64,000 nucleotides of DNA from a virus (IMGVR_UViG_3300033463_006083:52724-116723), one strand, 5' to 3'; positions 46,340-57,877 are shown, counted from the stretch's first letter. The notes: a model not told the origin generated them from the letters alone. Numbers and translations are program-made.

Positions 46340-47533
46340 TTATTTAACTGACTTCGCATTTAAATGCAATGTACCAAATACATTAGCGTAATGACGATTT
46401 TGTTGAAGCTGCTCTAAAATTAAACTTGCAGTATCTTTAACATAAATTTCAGTACTATTAGGAACATTATATATTAAATATTTTGCAAATAATGGATTGT
46501 TTTGCTCGTCTAATAAACCTAAACCTGATAATTCATATATAAAACGCATATGTGTAAAATGTTCAGAAACTCTTTCTGGACTAGCACTTGGAGTTTTATT
46601 TGTTTTTACAATAATTTGCAAACCTCTATAAACAATATCTCTTTGATATTCTCATTTATTTCCAGGAAATACAATGTTCAATTCTGCCGTCAATGATTTT
46701 AATATATTAGTTTGTCCTAGTTTTAATCTTGTTAATCAAGTAGAACCTTCTTTTGGGTCTTTATAGTTTTTAATTGTAAAAGTAGCATCTTGTAAATATT
46801 TTATAACTTCTGATAAAAATTTATTATTAATAGTTAATTTACCATTAACTGAAAAATTACCTGCAGCAATATCTATTTTTCCACTTTTTTCTTCTTGAAT
46901 TTGATCTGTACCAACAGTAAATTTATGTTTAGTACTTTCTTCTATTCTTTTTTTTAAACTGTCTGAAAAAAATTTATCAAGGTCATTAACAATACTATCT
47001 GTAATTTTAACATTGTCAACATGGGCAGAACTTTTTCCCATCATGATTTCTTGTGGATAAACCTTGTCTCCATTTTTTTCTTTTAAAGACATTAAAATAG
47101 CAGCCATTTCCTCTTCTACAATATCATCAACATTTTGATTATGTGTAGTAACATGTTCTCTACGGAATAAAGTTTCTGCTTTAATAGCTCCAAGTCCATT
47201 TGTGTTTCCTCTCAAATTTTTTTGTTGTGAAAAAATATCATCAATAAATTGTTTATATCAATCACTTAAGTCATTTTCACTTAAAACAAGTCTATCCATC
47301 ACAGGAACAGAGTTTGGATTATTTTTAAAGCTTTCTGTTTGTTCATTTAAATATCTTGCAGTATTTTTAATATCTTGTAAAAATTTTTGTAATATATCTG
47401 CACCTTTTTTATCTTGCTCTTTTTGAATTCGTTCTACTAATTTAGTATGAACATCTTTTAAAAGAACATTATAACTAGGATAGCCATATTCATACGTTCG
47501 TTTTTTATTATATTGTTGTCCTGGACTTGCCAT
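46340..47533 (-). CDS. Hypothetical protein in the tail module (~397 aa; TGA=Trp)
   Basis: Track ORFs 46340, 46736 and 47258 share one frame. Confidence 0.7.
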
Positions 47534-47560
47534 AATTTATCACCTATTTTTCTATAAAAT

Positions 47561-47588
47561 AAAAAAGAGGAGGTATAAAAACCTCCTC
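47561..47588 (-). terminator. Intrinsic terminator after the major tail gene
   Basis: GAGGAGGT/ACCTCCTC stem plus T-run. Confidence 0.7.
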
Positions 47589-47674
47589 CTCCATTCAAAC
47601 CCTTTTTAAAATTCCCTTATTTTTTATAAAGAAGATAAGGTACTATAAACTTCTCTTATAAACTAACTAAAATA

Positions 47675-48610
47675 TTAAATTGATCCGTATGGTTCTCCGT
47701 TAGTAGTAACTGAGTCATAAGCTGTTTGATCAATTTGAATTCCAGCTTCATGTTTCATAACTGTATCAATTTCTTTTTCACTAGCATTTGGATCATCAAC
47801 AATTTGGAATACACATAATACTTTATGTTTGTTATCAAAATAAGTATATCCAGGGAATGCATCCATTGTGAATGTAAATGTTGAAGGATCTCCTGTAGAA
47901 GCCATAGAGAATGTAAAGTTAGATTGAATTTTTACATTTGGTAATGTAATTTCTGCAGGTAAATCTTTTCCTGTATTTTGATCTCTGAATAATGTAGAAG
48001 CTTCAACATAGTAATATCCACCAAAGTTTTCTGCATCAATTTGTAATTCAGATACTTTTGTAGAATCTTTAACAACATAGAAATCAACAAATACTGTTGC
48101 TCCTTTATTAGCAGTAGCTCCTTCTAATTTTTTACCATCATCAGAAACTGTTAATCCATCAATGATGTCTCCTGTAACAGATCCATCTTTTTCAGTAATC
48201 ATAACGAATACTGGAGCAGTTTCATCAATCTCTTCTTCAGATGCTAATGCATCAGTTAAATCGATAACACCATCAGCACTAACGTTAGCTGCAGAAGTAG
48301 TGTGAACATGAACTTGAATTCCTTCTTTTTTGAATAATCCAGCACCTGATAATACTGAGAATCCAATTGGAGATAATAAAGCGTCTTCAACTGTGAAAGT
48401 TAAAGTTTTTTCACCTTCCCATGCAAGTAAACGGGTATTTCCTCTACCACCTTGTGCATATACAGTAGTAGCTGCACCTTCAACAGTAGAAGTTTTTGCT
48501 GTATCGATATATAATACTGGTTGTCCAGCTTTAAATTCAGTAGTTCCAATTTTAACAGCTGATTTAGCTTTGAAAACTACATTACATATTTCTCTTACAC
48601 CAAATTTCAT
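47675..48610 (-). CDS. Major tail (tube) protein
   Basis: Intact 311-aa ORF (MKFGVREIC.V.FK..., YAQGGRGN.RL.AWEGEK, GDPSTFTF.MDA) between neck genes and TMP, with its own terminator. Confidence 0.75.
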   Translation of the reverse strand: MKFGVREICNVVFKAKSAVKIGTTEFKAGQPVLYIDTAKTSTVEGAATTVYAQGGRGNTRLLAWEGEKTLTFTVEDALLSPIGFSVLSGAGLFKKEGIQVHVHTTSAANVSADGVIDLTDALASEEEIDETAPVFVMITEKDGSVTGDIIDGLTVSDDGKKLEGATANKGATVFVDFYVVKDSTKVSELQIDAENFGGYYYVEASTLFRDQNTGKDLPAEITLPNVKIQSNFTFSMASTGDPSTFTFTMDAFPGYTYFDNKHKVLCVFQIVDDPNASEKEIDTVMKHEAGIQIDQTAYDSVTTNGEPYGSI

Positions 48611-48683
48611 AATTTTCCTCCTTTTATAAATTTTTAATTTGTCCTTTTACCACTTAATAAGAATCGCTTAATTCTTATTACTA

Positions 48684-49466
48684 TTATCATTTATTATTAG
48701 AGTTTGTTAAGACTCCGTTTTCATCAACATCAGAGTGAATATCTTCCATCCAGTCATCGACATCTTGTAAATCCTTTGCTCCTGCCAACTGTGCTTTAAG
48801 ATGGACATCTCAAGCAATTTTCATTTGGTATCTTTTAAATTCATCAAATAATTGATAAATTGTATAATTAAGCAAAGAATTCATGTCTTTATTTTCTCCT
48901 ACTGCAAGAATTGAAACATATCTACTCAAAATAGCAATTTTTTGATTATCTTTTCCCTTTGCTGCCGCCAATTTAGCTTGACGATCACGCAGCTTATCAG
49001 CAATTTGCCTTGCCAATCCTCCAGACGGGTTATAATCTTTTTCGCCGCCGCCCAGACAAAGTATTTCGTTCAAAAGCCTAATAAAATAATCATAATTATC
49101 TTTATTTAACTCAACGGTTATATCATCTTGTTTAAAAATAATTTTCAAATTCTTAGTATCTACTTGAACTTGATAAGTAGGAAATAATAGAGATAATACC
49201 ATTTGGGCACAAGTTTTATTTATTTGTACACTTGGATTTTTTTCTCTCATTATTGACATTATTATTTCAAAATTACTTATATTTTCTAAACGATTTCTGT
49301 CCTCACTATTTAATCTATCTTTTGTAAATCGTAAAAATTCACATCCTGAAAAAAATTTATCCTCACCTATATAAGCTATTTCTTTGATTGTTGGTGGATG
49401 TAATAATAAATTGACTTCATCAATAGGGATATCATTTCCAGATAATAACAATAATTCATTAATCAT
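48684..49466 (-). CDS. Conserved tail-module hypothetical protein (~260 aa; TGA=Trp)
   Basis: Likely ATG 49466 (MINELLLLSG) overlaps the upstream stop. Continues through TGA 48810 (..AWDVHLKAQLAGAKD..DDWM) to TAA 48684. Confidence 0.7.
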
Positions 49467-50049
49467 TTTCTTCATCTGGAATACGGTCATCAGAACCATG
49501 AACCGCTCTATAAGATAATGTATATCCTGATAAAACTTCATCTAACACTAATTCATTACAACCCATAAAATTTAACTCTCCAATTCCAGTTAACTTAGAA
49601 TTATTTAAAATACCATCTATATATCCAGCAATTTTTAAAGGTCTAATTTGAAAATCGTCCATTGTCCAATAATCAGTATGACAAACTATATCAAAATGAA
49701 CTGTACAATCTCTAAATTGCGGATTGCGAGCATTTGGAGTGAAATTATCAAAAGAAATAATAATATAACTTTTAATTTTTTCATGCTCTGGCATTGCAAT
49801 TTTTGGAGCTAATTTTATATAACCTTCTTCTATTAAAGTTGCTAAAGTAGTACTTCTTACTTTATCAATATATTCTTGCTTAGTTTGATTAGATAAACAA
49901 TCTCTAGTTGGTATTACTAAAAGTCTAAGTAATTGACGATTTTGAGGTTGATTTTCAAAAAATAGTTTAGTTAAAATTCTTTCTATATCTTTTTCAACAG
50001 AAAGAAATGATGAGCTTAAACTAGGAATTTCAATAACATCTCTTCTCAT
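49459..50049 (-). CDS. Probable tail terminator/completion protein
   Basis: Intact ORF; position; FDIVCH..W...RP..IAGYIDG pattern. Confidence 0.55.
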   Translation of the reverse strand: MRRDVIEIPSLSSSFLSVEKDIERILTKLFFENQPQNRQLLRLLVIPTRDCLSNQTKQEYIDKVRSTTLATLIEEGYIKLAPKIAMPEHEKIKSYIIISFDNFTPNARNPQFRDCTVHFDIVCHTDYWTMDDFQIRPLKIAGYIDGILNNSKLTGIGELNFMGCNELVLDEVLSGYTLSYRAVHGSDDRIPDEEND

Positions 50050-50070
50050 AATATCCAGCTCCTTTTATCT

Positions 50071-51033
50071 CTATAATGACTTAATAACAACATTTTTAGT
50101 TGCTAATATTTCATTATCTTTTACATAATTTAATTCAATATTTCCGCTTTTTGCAGAAGTAATTGAAATTACAACAGAAGTATCTGTTTGTTCTATTATT
50201 CTAGCTTTTGAACCAATAATAACCCAATTGCCGCCATCTATACCATCAATAGTATAAGTAACTTTATCAAAAGGATAAACTGAATCATTACCAGAAATAA
50301 TATATTCCATATTTTCATCTATTGGTTGCGTATTATTTTCATTTTCTTCACCTGCTATATTATCAGCAGTTTCAAACTCATTAGTAAATGCTTCTTTTAA
50401 ATATATAATTAACATAGTTTCAGAAGTAATATCATTTACCATTTGAACTTCTCAAAGTCTATTATTAATAGTTACTTTTTTAAATCTATGAAAGAAATCT
50501 TCTGTTTCTTCATTTCTCGTTATATATAAAACAACCTCATATCCCATTTCACTCCAAGAATTCAATCCTTTTGTATGTCATAATGCGTCTTTAGACCATT
50601 TTCCAAGATAGCCATAATAAGAATAGCCATTAATCATGACTTCATCTTCAGCTTTTCTTATGGTACCTCTAAAATAAGCATTCTCTTCTAAAATTTCTTG
50701 AATAACAATTCATCTTGTATTTGTCTCTTTTCAAGTAAATACATCTCCTACTTTCATCCCAATATAAGAATACTTTTCAGTAGTAGAAGGCAAATTTAAA
50801 CATACATCTTCATAAGGGATTGAAATAATTTTATCATCATAATCTTCTTTAAGTTTATCATGATTTATTAAACATCTAAACTCTCTACCATCTTCTAAAA
50901 TTGCGGTTTGACCTTGATAAGAGTACCAAAGGGCTCTTCTTAAACTTCATAACTTATCATTATTCATTCTAGACTCTTGATTAGGTCCACCATAATAATC
51001 AATTCTATTTTTTAAATTATCTAGTGCTGACAT
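50071..51033 (-). CDS. Probable head-closure/neck protein with a C-terminal Ig-like domain (~320 aa; TGA=Trp)
   Basis: ATG 51033 in frame with track ORF 50071..50442. KLWSLRRALWYSYQ, FRCLIN, GDVFTWKETNTRWIV. Confidence 0.65.
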
Positions 51034-51343
51034 TTTCCTTCACCTTATTCATTAAATTTAAACACTCAAAAATAGTTCTTCTAAAATCGAAAAAACTATC
51101 TTTTGCATTCAATGTAAATAGCCCTTCTAATTTACAAAGTAAAGAAAAAAGAATGTCTCCATCCATTTCTCCCATTAATCTATTCATTCCCGCAATTTCT
51201 TCTATGATAGTAGATAAAAGAGTTTGTCAGTTATTATCTTCTTCCTCTCTCATAGGAAGTAATTTATAAACTAAGTTAATTAACTGCTTTAATCTATTAG
51301 AAATATCTTTATTATCTATTTCAATATCATACTTTAATAACAT
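51017..51343 (-). CDS. Hypothetical protein (~108 aa; TGA=Trp)
   Basis: ATG 51343 after AAGGAGG. YKLLPMREE..NW...LCKLEGL...FRRTIFECL; TAA 51017. Absent from ORF track. Confidence 0.75.
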
Positions 51344-51353
51344 AAAGACCTCC

Positions 51354-51953
51354 TTAGATAATGTTTAAGATAACATCAGCTTCGCGGTCATCTTTAACTC
51401 TAATCTTATTAGGTACATTCATAACATCTCCAAAGGTAGATCTGTATATCCCATTTTCATCTGCAAGTCTTCTTTTATAAAGTCTTTGTAAATGAAATCC
51501 TTCTCTCTCATAATCTTTTTTTATCACAAGTAATTTTTGCATATGATTAGCTTGAGATGTAAATTTAAAGTCTGTACCACTATATTTCATTCTAGTGTTT
51601 TCAATACTTGCTAATTGTTGTCCTAACCATTCAACTATCATATAGGTTGATAAAATATTTATTTCTTCCGCAGTTAACACATTATTAAAAAAGCCTTCAT
51701 CATAAATGAAGACTGGGACTTCGATATTATCACTATCCACTCCTTGATAAGTTCCTTGATCAATAAAAGATTCATTTTCATAAGCATTTAAATTTACTCT
51801 AGGAAATTCAAATTTGTGAATAGCTGTCATTAACATTTCTTGTAACATTCTAAATGTATCAAGTTCTGTTAATTCCATATACATCTCATCGGTAATCTTA
51901 GATAAAAAACTATCATAAACAATAGAGAAAGGTGTAGTAGTTATTGCGTCCAT
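51354..51953 (-). CDS. Probable head-tail adaptor
   Basis: Track ORF, start refined to ATG 51953 after AGGAGG; TPF..VYD.FL.KITD and SQANH patterns; position after the capsid genes. Confidence 0.6.
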   Translation of the reverse strand: MDAITTTPFSIVYDSFLSKITDEMYMELTELDTFRMLQEMLMTAIHKFEFPRVNLNAYENESFIDQGTYQGVDSDNIEVPVFIYDEGFFNNVLTAEEINILSTYMIVEWLGQQLASIENTRMKYSGTDFKFTSQANHMQKLLVIKKDYEREGFHLQRLYKRRLADENGIYRSTFGDVMNVPNKIRVKDDREADVILNII

Positions 51954-51971
51954 ATTACACCTCCTTGCCAT

Positions 51972-52532
51972 CTACTTTGTAATTATAATAGGCTTAGCTT
52001 TACGACCAGTTTCTGTAGTTTTTGTTGTAACTGGTGTTGCTCTTCTCTTAGAAGTTGTTTCCTCTACAGGTTCATCTTCTAAAGCAGCCTTTTTCATTTC
52101 AACAGCTTTATCAACATTAAAATTTGTCTTTTTTAAAATTTCATCTCTCATAGCAACATTATTAACAGGTAATTCAACAGCTTCTTCTTTTACTAAATCA
52201 ATAACACCTTTTGGCGCAAAATCTAAAGTATCTTGCAGTTGTTCTAAAGTACCTTCTGTTAATAAAGTTCTAACGGTATCTTTTGTATAATAATACTCTG
52301 GTTCAACATTTCCTAAAAGCTCTTCTGCGGCTTCTTTATCTTGAATAATTAAATAATCTTTTAATAAATTTAACCCACCTTTTACCCAAGCAAGTTTTTC
52401 TAACTCTTCAAAAGTGATTGTTTTAGTTTCTCCGCCAGAAAAAGTTCTATGTAAGTTTAAATCAGGAATTGTATAACCTACAGTACCATTATCTCTATTA
52501 GTTAATTTTATTTCACGATTTTTCTCAACCAT
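51972..52532 (-). CDS. Hypothetical protein downstream of the major capsid gene
   Basis: Intact ORF with RBS and an upstream TTGAAA-17-TATAAT (52565..52593). Confidence 0.7.
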   Translation of the reverse strand: MVEKNREIKLTNRDNGTVGYTIPDLNLHRTFSGGETKTITFEELEKLAWVKGGLNLLKDYLIIQDKEAAEELLGNVEPEYYYTKDTVRTLLTEGTLEQLQDTLDFAPKGVIDLVKEEAVELPVNNVAMRDEILKKTNFNVDKAVEMKKAALEDEPVEETTSKRRATPVTTKTTETGRKAKPIIITK

Positions 52533-52684
52533 AATATTAACTCCTCCTTTTATCTCCTAATTTAATTATATCAAATTTTTTAAATTTTTTCAACTATAAA
52601 AAAACTGGAGGAAGATTAATTATAATTAATCTTCAATAGCCTAATTATAATATTTCTTCCTCCAAAGTTTAATTATCTAAAAAA

Positions 52685-53728
52685 TTAGATTGATGCTTCA
52701 CTATCTAAAGAAGTGTTCTTATATACACAAATATCGTTAGTTACTAATGTAGCAACACCGAATTTTTTGTAAACTCTGATTTCTTTAGACCAATCATGAT
52801 TGTCTACTTCTTTAACAGCAGTAGGTCCTTCGAATGCGATCTTAACTGGTTTTTCATTTGCTCCAGTAGGAATAATCCAAGCATATGCAGGATTGATAAC
52901 TTTAGTTGTGTTAGTTTCATCTTCATAAGATTGTTCTAATACAATAACATTATGTCCTTTATAGTTAGCTAAATAACCATTATTCCATCTTTCATCTTTC
53001 ATTCCATTAGATCTCCATCCAGCTTCTGGAACCATAGTTGCAGCAAATTCATATGTACAGTAAATAGTTGATTTTCCTCCGTATGCATCTGCAATTGAAA
53101 CTAATCTATCCATTTCAGCTTCAACGAAATCATTTTGAGTTGTTTTATTTCCATCTTGTAGACTTTCAACTGTAGCAATTAATGCTTTTGCGATTTCTCT
53201 ATAAACAGCTTCATCTAATCCTTCCATAACGATTTCAAGTAAATCAGCAAAATCTACTCTTCCATCTAAGAATTCTTCGAAACCGATTTGAGCAGCTCCA
53301 CCATAAGCTTCAGTTTGAACTTCTAATACTCTTCCATCTAATTTGAATACTTCGTATACTCCAGCTAATCCAACTCTTGTAACGAATCTTTTTGCTCTTC
53401 TTCTAGCAGCAGTAGTGATTTTTTGAACGAAAATTGGTTTGTCACCTTGAGCAAAAGTTTTTACTTCAGCGAACATTCCATATTGTTCTAATACTTTTTT
53501 AGGTAATACATCACTAATTGTTTGTTCGATTAATTCGAAAATAGTATTTTTATTTTCTCTATATAAAGCGTAACTTCCAGCTAATTCATTTAATTCATTT
53601 CTTAAAGTTTCATTTAATGCTGAATAGCTTAAATTTGTATCTCCAAATGAATACGCTACTTTTGAAGAAGGGTCTGCGTTAGCAACTGCTTTTGCTAATT
53701 TAATTAATTCACTTTTAACTAATGCCAT
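52685..53728 (-). CDS. Major capsid protein
   Basis: 347 aa, follows the protease/scaffold and decoration genes. Codon usage is biased (TTC, AAC, ATC, GCT) as for a highly expressed gene; terminator downstream. Confidence 0.8.
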   Translation of the reverse strand: MALVKSELIKLAKAVANADPSSKVAYSFGDTNLSYSALNETLRNELNELAGSYALYRENKNTIFELIEQTISDVLPKKVLEQYGMFAEVKTFAQGDKPIFVQKITTAARRRAKRFVTRVGLAGVYEVFKLDGRVLEVQTEAYGGAAQIGFEEFLDGRVDFADLLEIVMEGLDEAVYREIAKALIATVESLQDGNKTTQNDFVEAEMDRLVSIADAYGGKSTIYCTYEFAATMVPEAGWRSNGMKDERWNNGYLANYKGHNVIVLEQSYEDETNTTKVINPAYAWIIPTGANEKPVKIAFEGPTAVKEVDNHDWSKEIRVYKKFGVATLVTNDICVYKNTSLDSEASI

Positions 53729-53745
53729 AATTCTCTATCCTCCTC

Positions 53746-54258
53746 TTACGCGATTCTTTGAATCTTAACAGCTTCTTGACCATCTGCCATTGTATAAACT
53801 TTTACAACTTTGAATTGAATATCGCTGTCTCCGCCTTTCTTTAAATATCCTGTGTTACTGTCGATTTTTAATACGTTACCAACTTCTAGGTCTTCCATTT
53901 CTGTAATTCCTTTATTAGAAGTAGCAGCAGCATATAAACAGTTAGTAGTATAGATATCTCCTACATTTGTTTTGAATACTCTTGGGTAAATAGCTCCGTC
54001 AGAACTATCAGAAGCTTTAAGAGCAAAATCTTTGTAAGTTTCTCTATAACCATCGTATAATTTAACTTCGTTGAATACTAACATCCATTCTCCAGCACCT
54101 GTTAAATTTACTTCTCCAGTTGCATAGTCATATTTAACGAATTGTCCATTTTCTAATGTTGTTAAATCTGCATTTGCAGGTAATTGAGCGTAAATTTGTC
54201 CAGTTCTTTGAGCTGATAAATGATTAGGTTCAACTTGTCCGTAACCTATTCTTTCCAT
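53746..54258 (-). CDS. Probable capsid decoration/minor head protein
   Basis: 170 aa between scaffold and MCP; VEPNHLSAQRTGQIYAQLP. Confidence 0.65.
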   Translation of the reverse strand: MERIGYGQVEPNHLSAQRTGQIYAQLPANADLTTLENGQFVKYDYATGEVNLTGAGEWMLVFNEVKLYDGYRETYKDFALKASDSSDGAIYPRVFKTNVGDIYTTNCLYAAATSNKGITEMEDLEVGNVLKIDSNTGYLKKGGDSDIQFKVVKVYTMADGQEAVKIQRIA

Positions 54259-54274
54259 AACTTATCCTCCTCTT

Positions 54275-55696
54275 TTAATTTTTGCTATTTTGAGTATTTA
54301 TGCAAGCAGAAATCCATGCAGGAATTTCACTACCTTCATTATTATCAATATTGAAAGTAGCAACTGCAGAGTTTTCTTCTTCTACTTTATTATTATTTTC
54401 GTCTAAATTCTCTTTTTCAAAATTAACCTTATTTTTTACACAAATTACACATAATTTTGATTCGATTTCTTCTAGACTATACTCTGACATATGTTCTTTT
54501 ACATCTTTTTTATCTTCATCAGATAACATATAGAAACTATCAATTAAATTTTGTTTCTTTTCCATTTCAACATTCTTTTTGAATTCTACTAATTCATCAT
54601 ATTTTGCTTTTAATTCTTCATATTCTTCTAAAGAATATTCTTTCTTTTTAGTTTCTACATCATCAGAATTATCTAAAGGTTCTTTGTCTTCAGATTCTTC
54701 TTCTTCATTTTCAGATGTTTCTTCTTCATTTTCAGAATAATCAGAAGGAGCATCTCCCTCAGCTTCTTCTTCAGTTTCAGATTCTTCTTCTTCTGAATTT
54801 TCCTCTTCGCTTTCAGTTGTTTCTTCTTCTTCCTCTTTTTCTTCAGACTCAGGTTCAGTTTCAACTTCAGCTTCTGTAGAAGTAGTTTCTGTTTCAATAG
54901 AACTTTCAGTTTCTTCAGCTTCAACTGTTTCAGCTTCAGTATTTTCAACTTCTTCTTCAACAGCTTCAGTAGTTTTAACTTCTTCTTCCATGTTTTTTCC
55001 TCCTTCTAATGCATATTTTAAATCTTGCATCATAGTATATAATGTTTGTTTAAAACTATCATCCACTTTACTGAATGAATTGCTTACTTGAGGGGCAGTA
55101 ATACTAGCACCTTCAAAACAAGGTTCAACATCTTCTCCTAGAATACATAATTTAGAAAATATCGCATCGTTAATTATAAAAAAGTCCATACCATTATTAA
55201 CATTAGTTGACCAATGTCCATCTAAAGAACTTTCATCAAGTTCCATAGACTGATTATTTCCTTTTTCAATAACTCTTTTTGCTTCTTCATATTGACCAGT
55301 CCATAGATAACCAGTAGTCATTAAATATTTTCTTGTTATTTTATTGCCAAAATCATCAGTATCTTCAAAATCTTGAAACCATACTTTTGCATCTGGTGCA
55401 ACAAAACCATAAGGCTTTGTTAAACAATTAAATTTAACTCCCTCATCATCTAAAATAACTTGTTCTCCATGATCTGCAAAATCTTCTTTATCTTCTTTGT
55501 AGTATCCAACAATAGGAGCTCCTCTTAAAGTCTTTGCCATATCTTTGGCAACGTCTTCGCTTATATAACTATGATTTCTATTCTCTCCAACATATAAAAC
55601 CTTAATCTCACATTTAGACATTAAAGGATTAATATCTAAAGGTTGAAGATTAATAAATTCAGGAGAGCTAATTGTTGCTATTGATTGGTGCATCAT
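54275..55696 (-). CDS. Prohead protease/scaffold
   Basis: N-terminal GENRN.SYI, G.PIVG, QSMEL, LCILG..VEPCF; long Glu-rich scaffold-like C-terminal half. Confidence 0.78.
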   Translation of the reverse strand: MMHQSIATISSPEFINLQPLDINPLMSKCEIKVLYVGENRNHSYISEDVAKDMAKTLRGAPIVGYYKEDKEDFADHGEQVILDDEGVKFNCLTKPYGFVAPDAKVWFQDFEDTDDFGNKITRKYLMTTGYLWTGQYEEAKRVIEKGNNQSMELDESSLDGHWSTNVNNGMDFFIINDAIFSKLCILGEDVEPCFEGASITAPQVSNSFSKVDDSFKQTLYTMMQDLKYALEGGKNMEEEVKTTEAVEEEVENTEAETVEAEETESSIETETTSTEAEVETEPESEEKEEEEETTESEEENSEEEESETEEEAEGDAPSDYSENEEETSENEEEESEDKEPLDNSDDVETKKKEYSLEEYEELKAKYDELVEFKKNVEMEKKQNLIDSFYMLSDEDKKDVKEHMSEYSLEEIESKLCVICVKNKVNFEKENLDENNNKVEEENSAVATFNIDNNEGSEIPAWISACINTQNSKN

Positions 55697-55775
55697 ATCA
55701 TATTCCTCCTTGTTAAAAACTTCTTTTAACTATAATTATATTAAATTTTAGTAAACCCAATTATTATTTTTTGAC

Positions 55776-57401
55776 CTAACTTTGAGATTCCTTATTTTGT
55801 ATAGTTTTTTCAGTCACTTCTTCACCTTTAGATTCATTTGTAGGTCTTCCAGCTTCCCCTTCTTCAGAAGAAACCTTTCCGCCTCTTTCTTGTCTATTTT
55901 TCTCATTAACTCTATTTAATACATCAGAGTTCATTGTACTAGACATCATAGGTGGAATAAATACATTAACTAAGTCTAAAATATCATTTTCAAAGTATGC
56001 ATTTGCTAAAATAGAACTTTGAGTTTGACCAAGAGCAATTTGAGGTAACATTTTACTGAAACCAACTTGCATTTGTTCTTTATATAACTTAGCCATTTCT
56101 TTATAATTATAAATAGTTGTTGTTAAAAGTTGAACTCTATAAACAACTTTTTTATTTTTTCTATTAAACTTTTGAATAATTTCATTTAAAAAATCTTCAA
56201 ATTGAACAAGTAAATTATACATAGAAGCTTCATCATTTAAAATTGATTTTTCAAGAGCAATATTACCATCAGTATTAAATTGCATTTGAGAAATACCAGC
56301 TTCATTAAATACTGTTCTTTCTACTTTTCCTAAATCATCAACAGTAGTTGTAGTATTTCTATCTGCCATATCCGCAACATCAACATCTGCAAAAGTAGTT
56401 AATACATCAATTCCAATTGCTTTTGATAACATATTAACTGCATTATTATGAAGTTGTTGAGCTTCATCTACATCAAATACTAAATCACCATTTTTATCAA
56501 CTGGCATCTTTTGAATTATTATTTTTAATAATTTTTGAGCCATTTTTCTTCTATCTAAATCTTGTGCGGCATCTAAGTCAATAATAGCAGGAATTACCGC
56601 AATCATAATAGGAAAATCTTCTCCATTAATATTAAATTTAATTGTTTTAGTTACATCTAATAAATATCAACCATTTTGATCTCCAAAAAAGTCTGGTTGT
56701 AATTTACCTTCTTTAAATAATCTATAGCCTTGTCTAAATTCTTTTGGAAATAAATTTAATACTTTCATTCTTTGAGTTGTATCTTTAAATACATCATCAA
56801 AATATTTCATATTAAATTCAACCGCAGGTCTATTATTTACTTTATATCTAGATCTACAATATTTTACAGGTAGCTCTTGAATTTGAAGTTTTTCGCCTTC
56901 TTCAATAAGATATCCATAATAACATCCATTTTTAACAACTTTTAAAGCCATTTCTCCAAATAATCTTTTTACTTGAAAATCTTCTAAATAATTTAATACC
57001 TTATAGAAATTTGTTAATGCTAATTCCTCAGTTCTTTGTTTTTCATCATTTACATATGGAGTTACCATCCAATCATATCTATACATATAAGCTAAATATC
57101 TACATAATCTATTATAAATACCACTAGTTCTATAAAAGAAATTAGATACTTCTCTCATAAAAGGAACATTATTTTCAGCGATAGCTCGTAAAACTGTCTC
57201 TTTGTCTGCTAATCTTTTATCTATTCTGTGTAAAGAGCCTAAAGTTAATACTGCATCTTCTAAAGTTTTTACACCAACTTTTATTTTAGAAAAGTCAACA
57301 GGTCTATATTCATCAGAAATCCCCATCTCTGACATATCAGGACGCATAGAAAAACCTTTAGATTTTATTTCTTGCATTCTATTACTTATCATTTTAGACA
57401 C
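55776..57401 (-). CDS. Portal protein (~541 aa; one TGA=Trp)
   Basis: Track ORFs 56667..57401 and 55776..56606 join through TGA 56667 (..NGWYLLD). C-terminal EAGRP; lies between terminase and protease. Confidence 0.8.
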
Positions 57402-57412
57402 CTCTCTTCTTA

Positions 57413-57781
57413 CTAAAATCCTCCAAGTGCATAGTAAGAATTCATAATATAATCATAACTAATTAAACTTTCATCTGTATAAGGTATTGCAATTAAAATA
57501 ATATTATGTTTACGACAATATTCTCTTTTAAGTAAATCATTATATTGTTGTCTCTTTAATCCACTCTTGCCGCCAAATTTACTCTTTGCAATATAATGTT
57601 GTATTCCTTGATACTCGAGTAAAAACATTAATTGATTATCATCATCGAAAATTGCAAAATCAAATCTTAAAAGTCTACCATTTGAGCTATATAAATCAGG
57701 AAAAGAATATTCTTCTTGAAAATTGACTCCATTAGCTCGTAAAATATCTTCGATTTTAATCTCTCCACGACTAGCTCTCAT
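57413..57781 (-). CDS. PD-(D/E)xK / Vsr-like endonuclease
   Basis: SRGE..I..IL, EYSF.DL, LRFDFA, EYQG.QHY, D..KREYC..HNI.LI.IPY. Confidence 0.75.
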   Translation of the reverse strand: MRASRGEIKIEDILRANGVNFQEEYSFPDLYSSNGRLLRFDFAIFDDDNQLMFLLEYQGIQHYIAKSKFGGKSGLKRQQYNDLLKREYCRKHNIILIAIPYTDESLISYDYIMNSYYALGGF

Positions 57782-57877
57782 TCTCACTATCTCCTTATAT
57801 ATTAATATACACGGACTTTGTTTTCTATATTTGTATAAAAAATTAAATAATTAAATGATTAATTTTTGACCATACAC

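Noticed and set aside
48638-48644. Additional GGACAAA copy upstream of the major tail gene (also GGTCAAA at ~61953)
   Set aside because: Too close to the start codon to fit the downstream ATA spacing of the other nine copies, so not counted.
54673-54960. Lys/Leu-rich 95-aa ORF and similar alternate-frame minus ORFs (16103, 17324, 18767, 26883, 27651, 40520, 58603, 60300, 61274)
   Set aside because: They are off-frame readings overlapping better-supported genes.
57413-57781. Intron or intein associated with the nuclease between terL and portal
   Set aside because: Both flanking genes are complete under code 4; the nuclease is free-standing.
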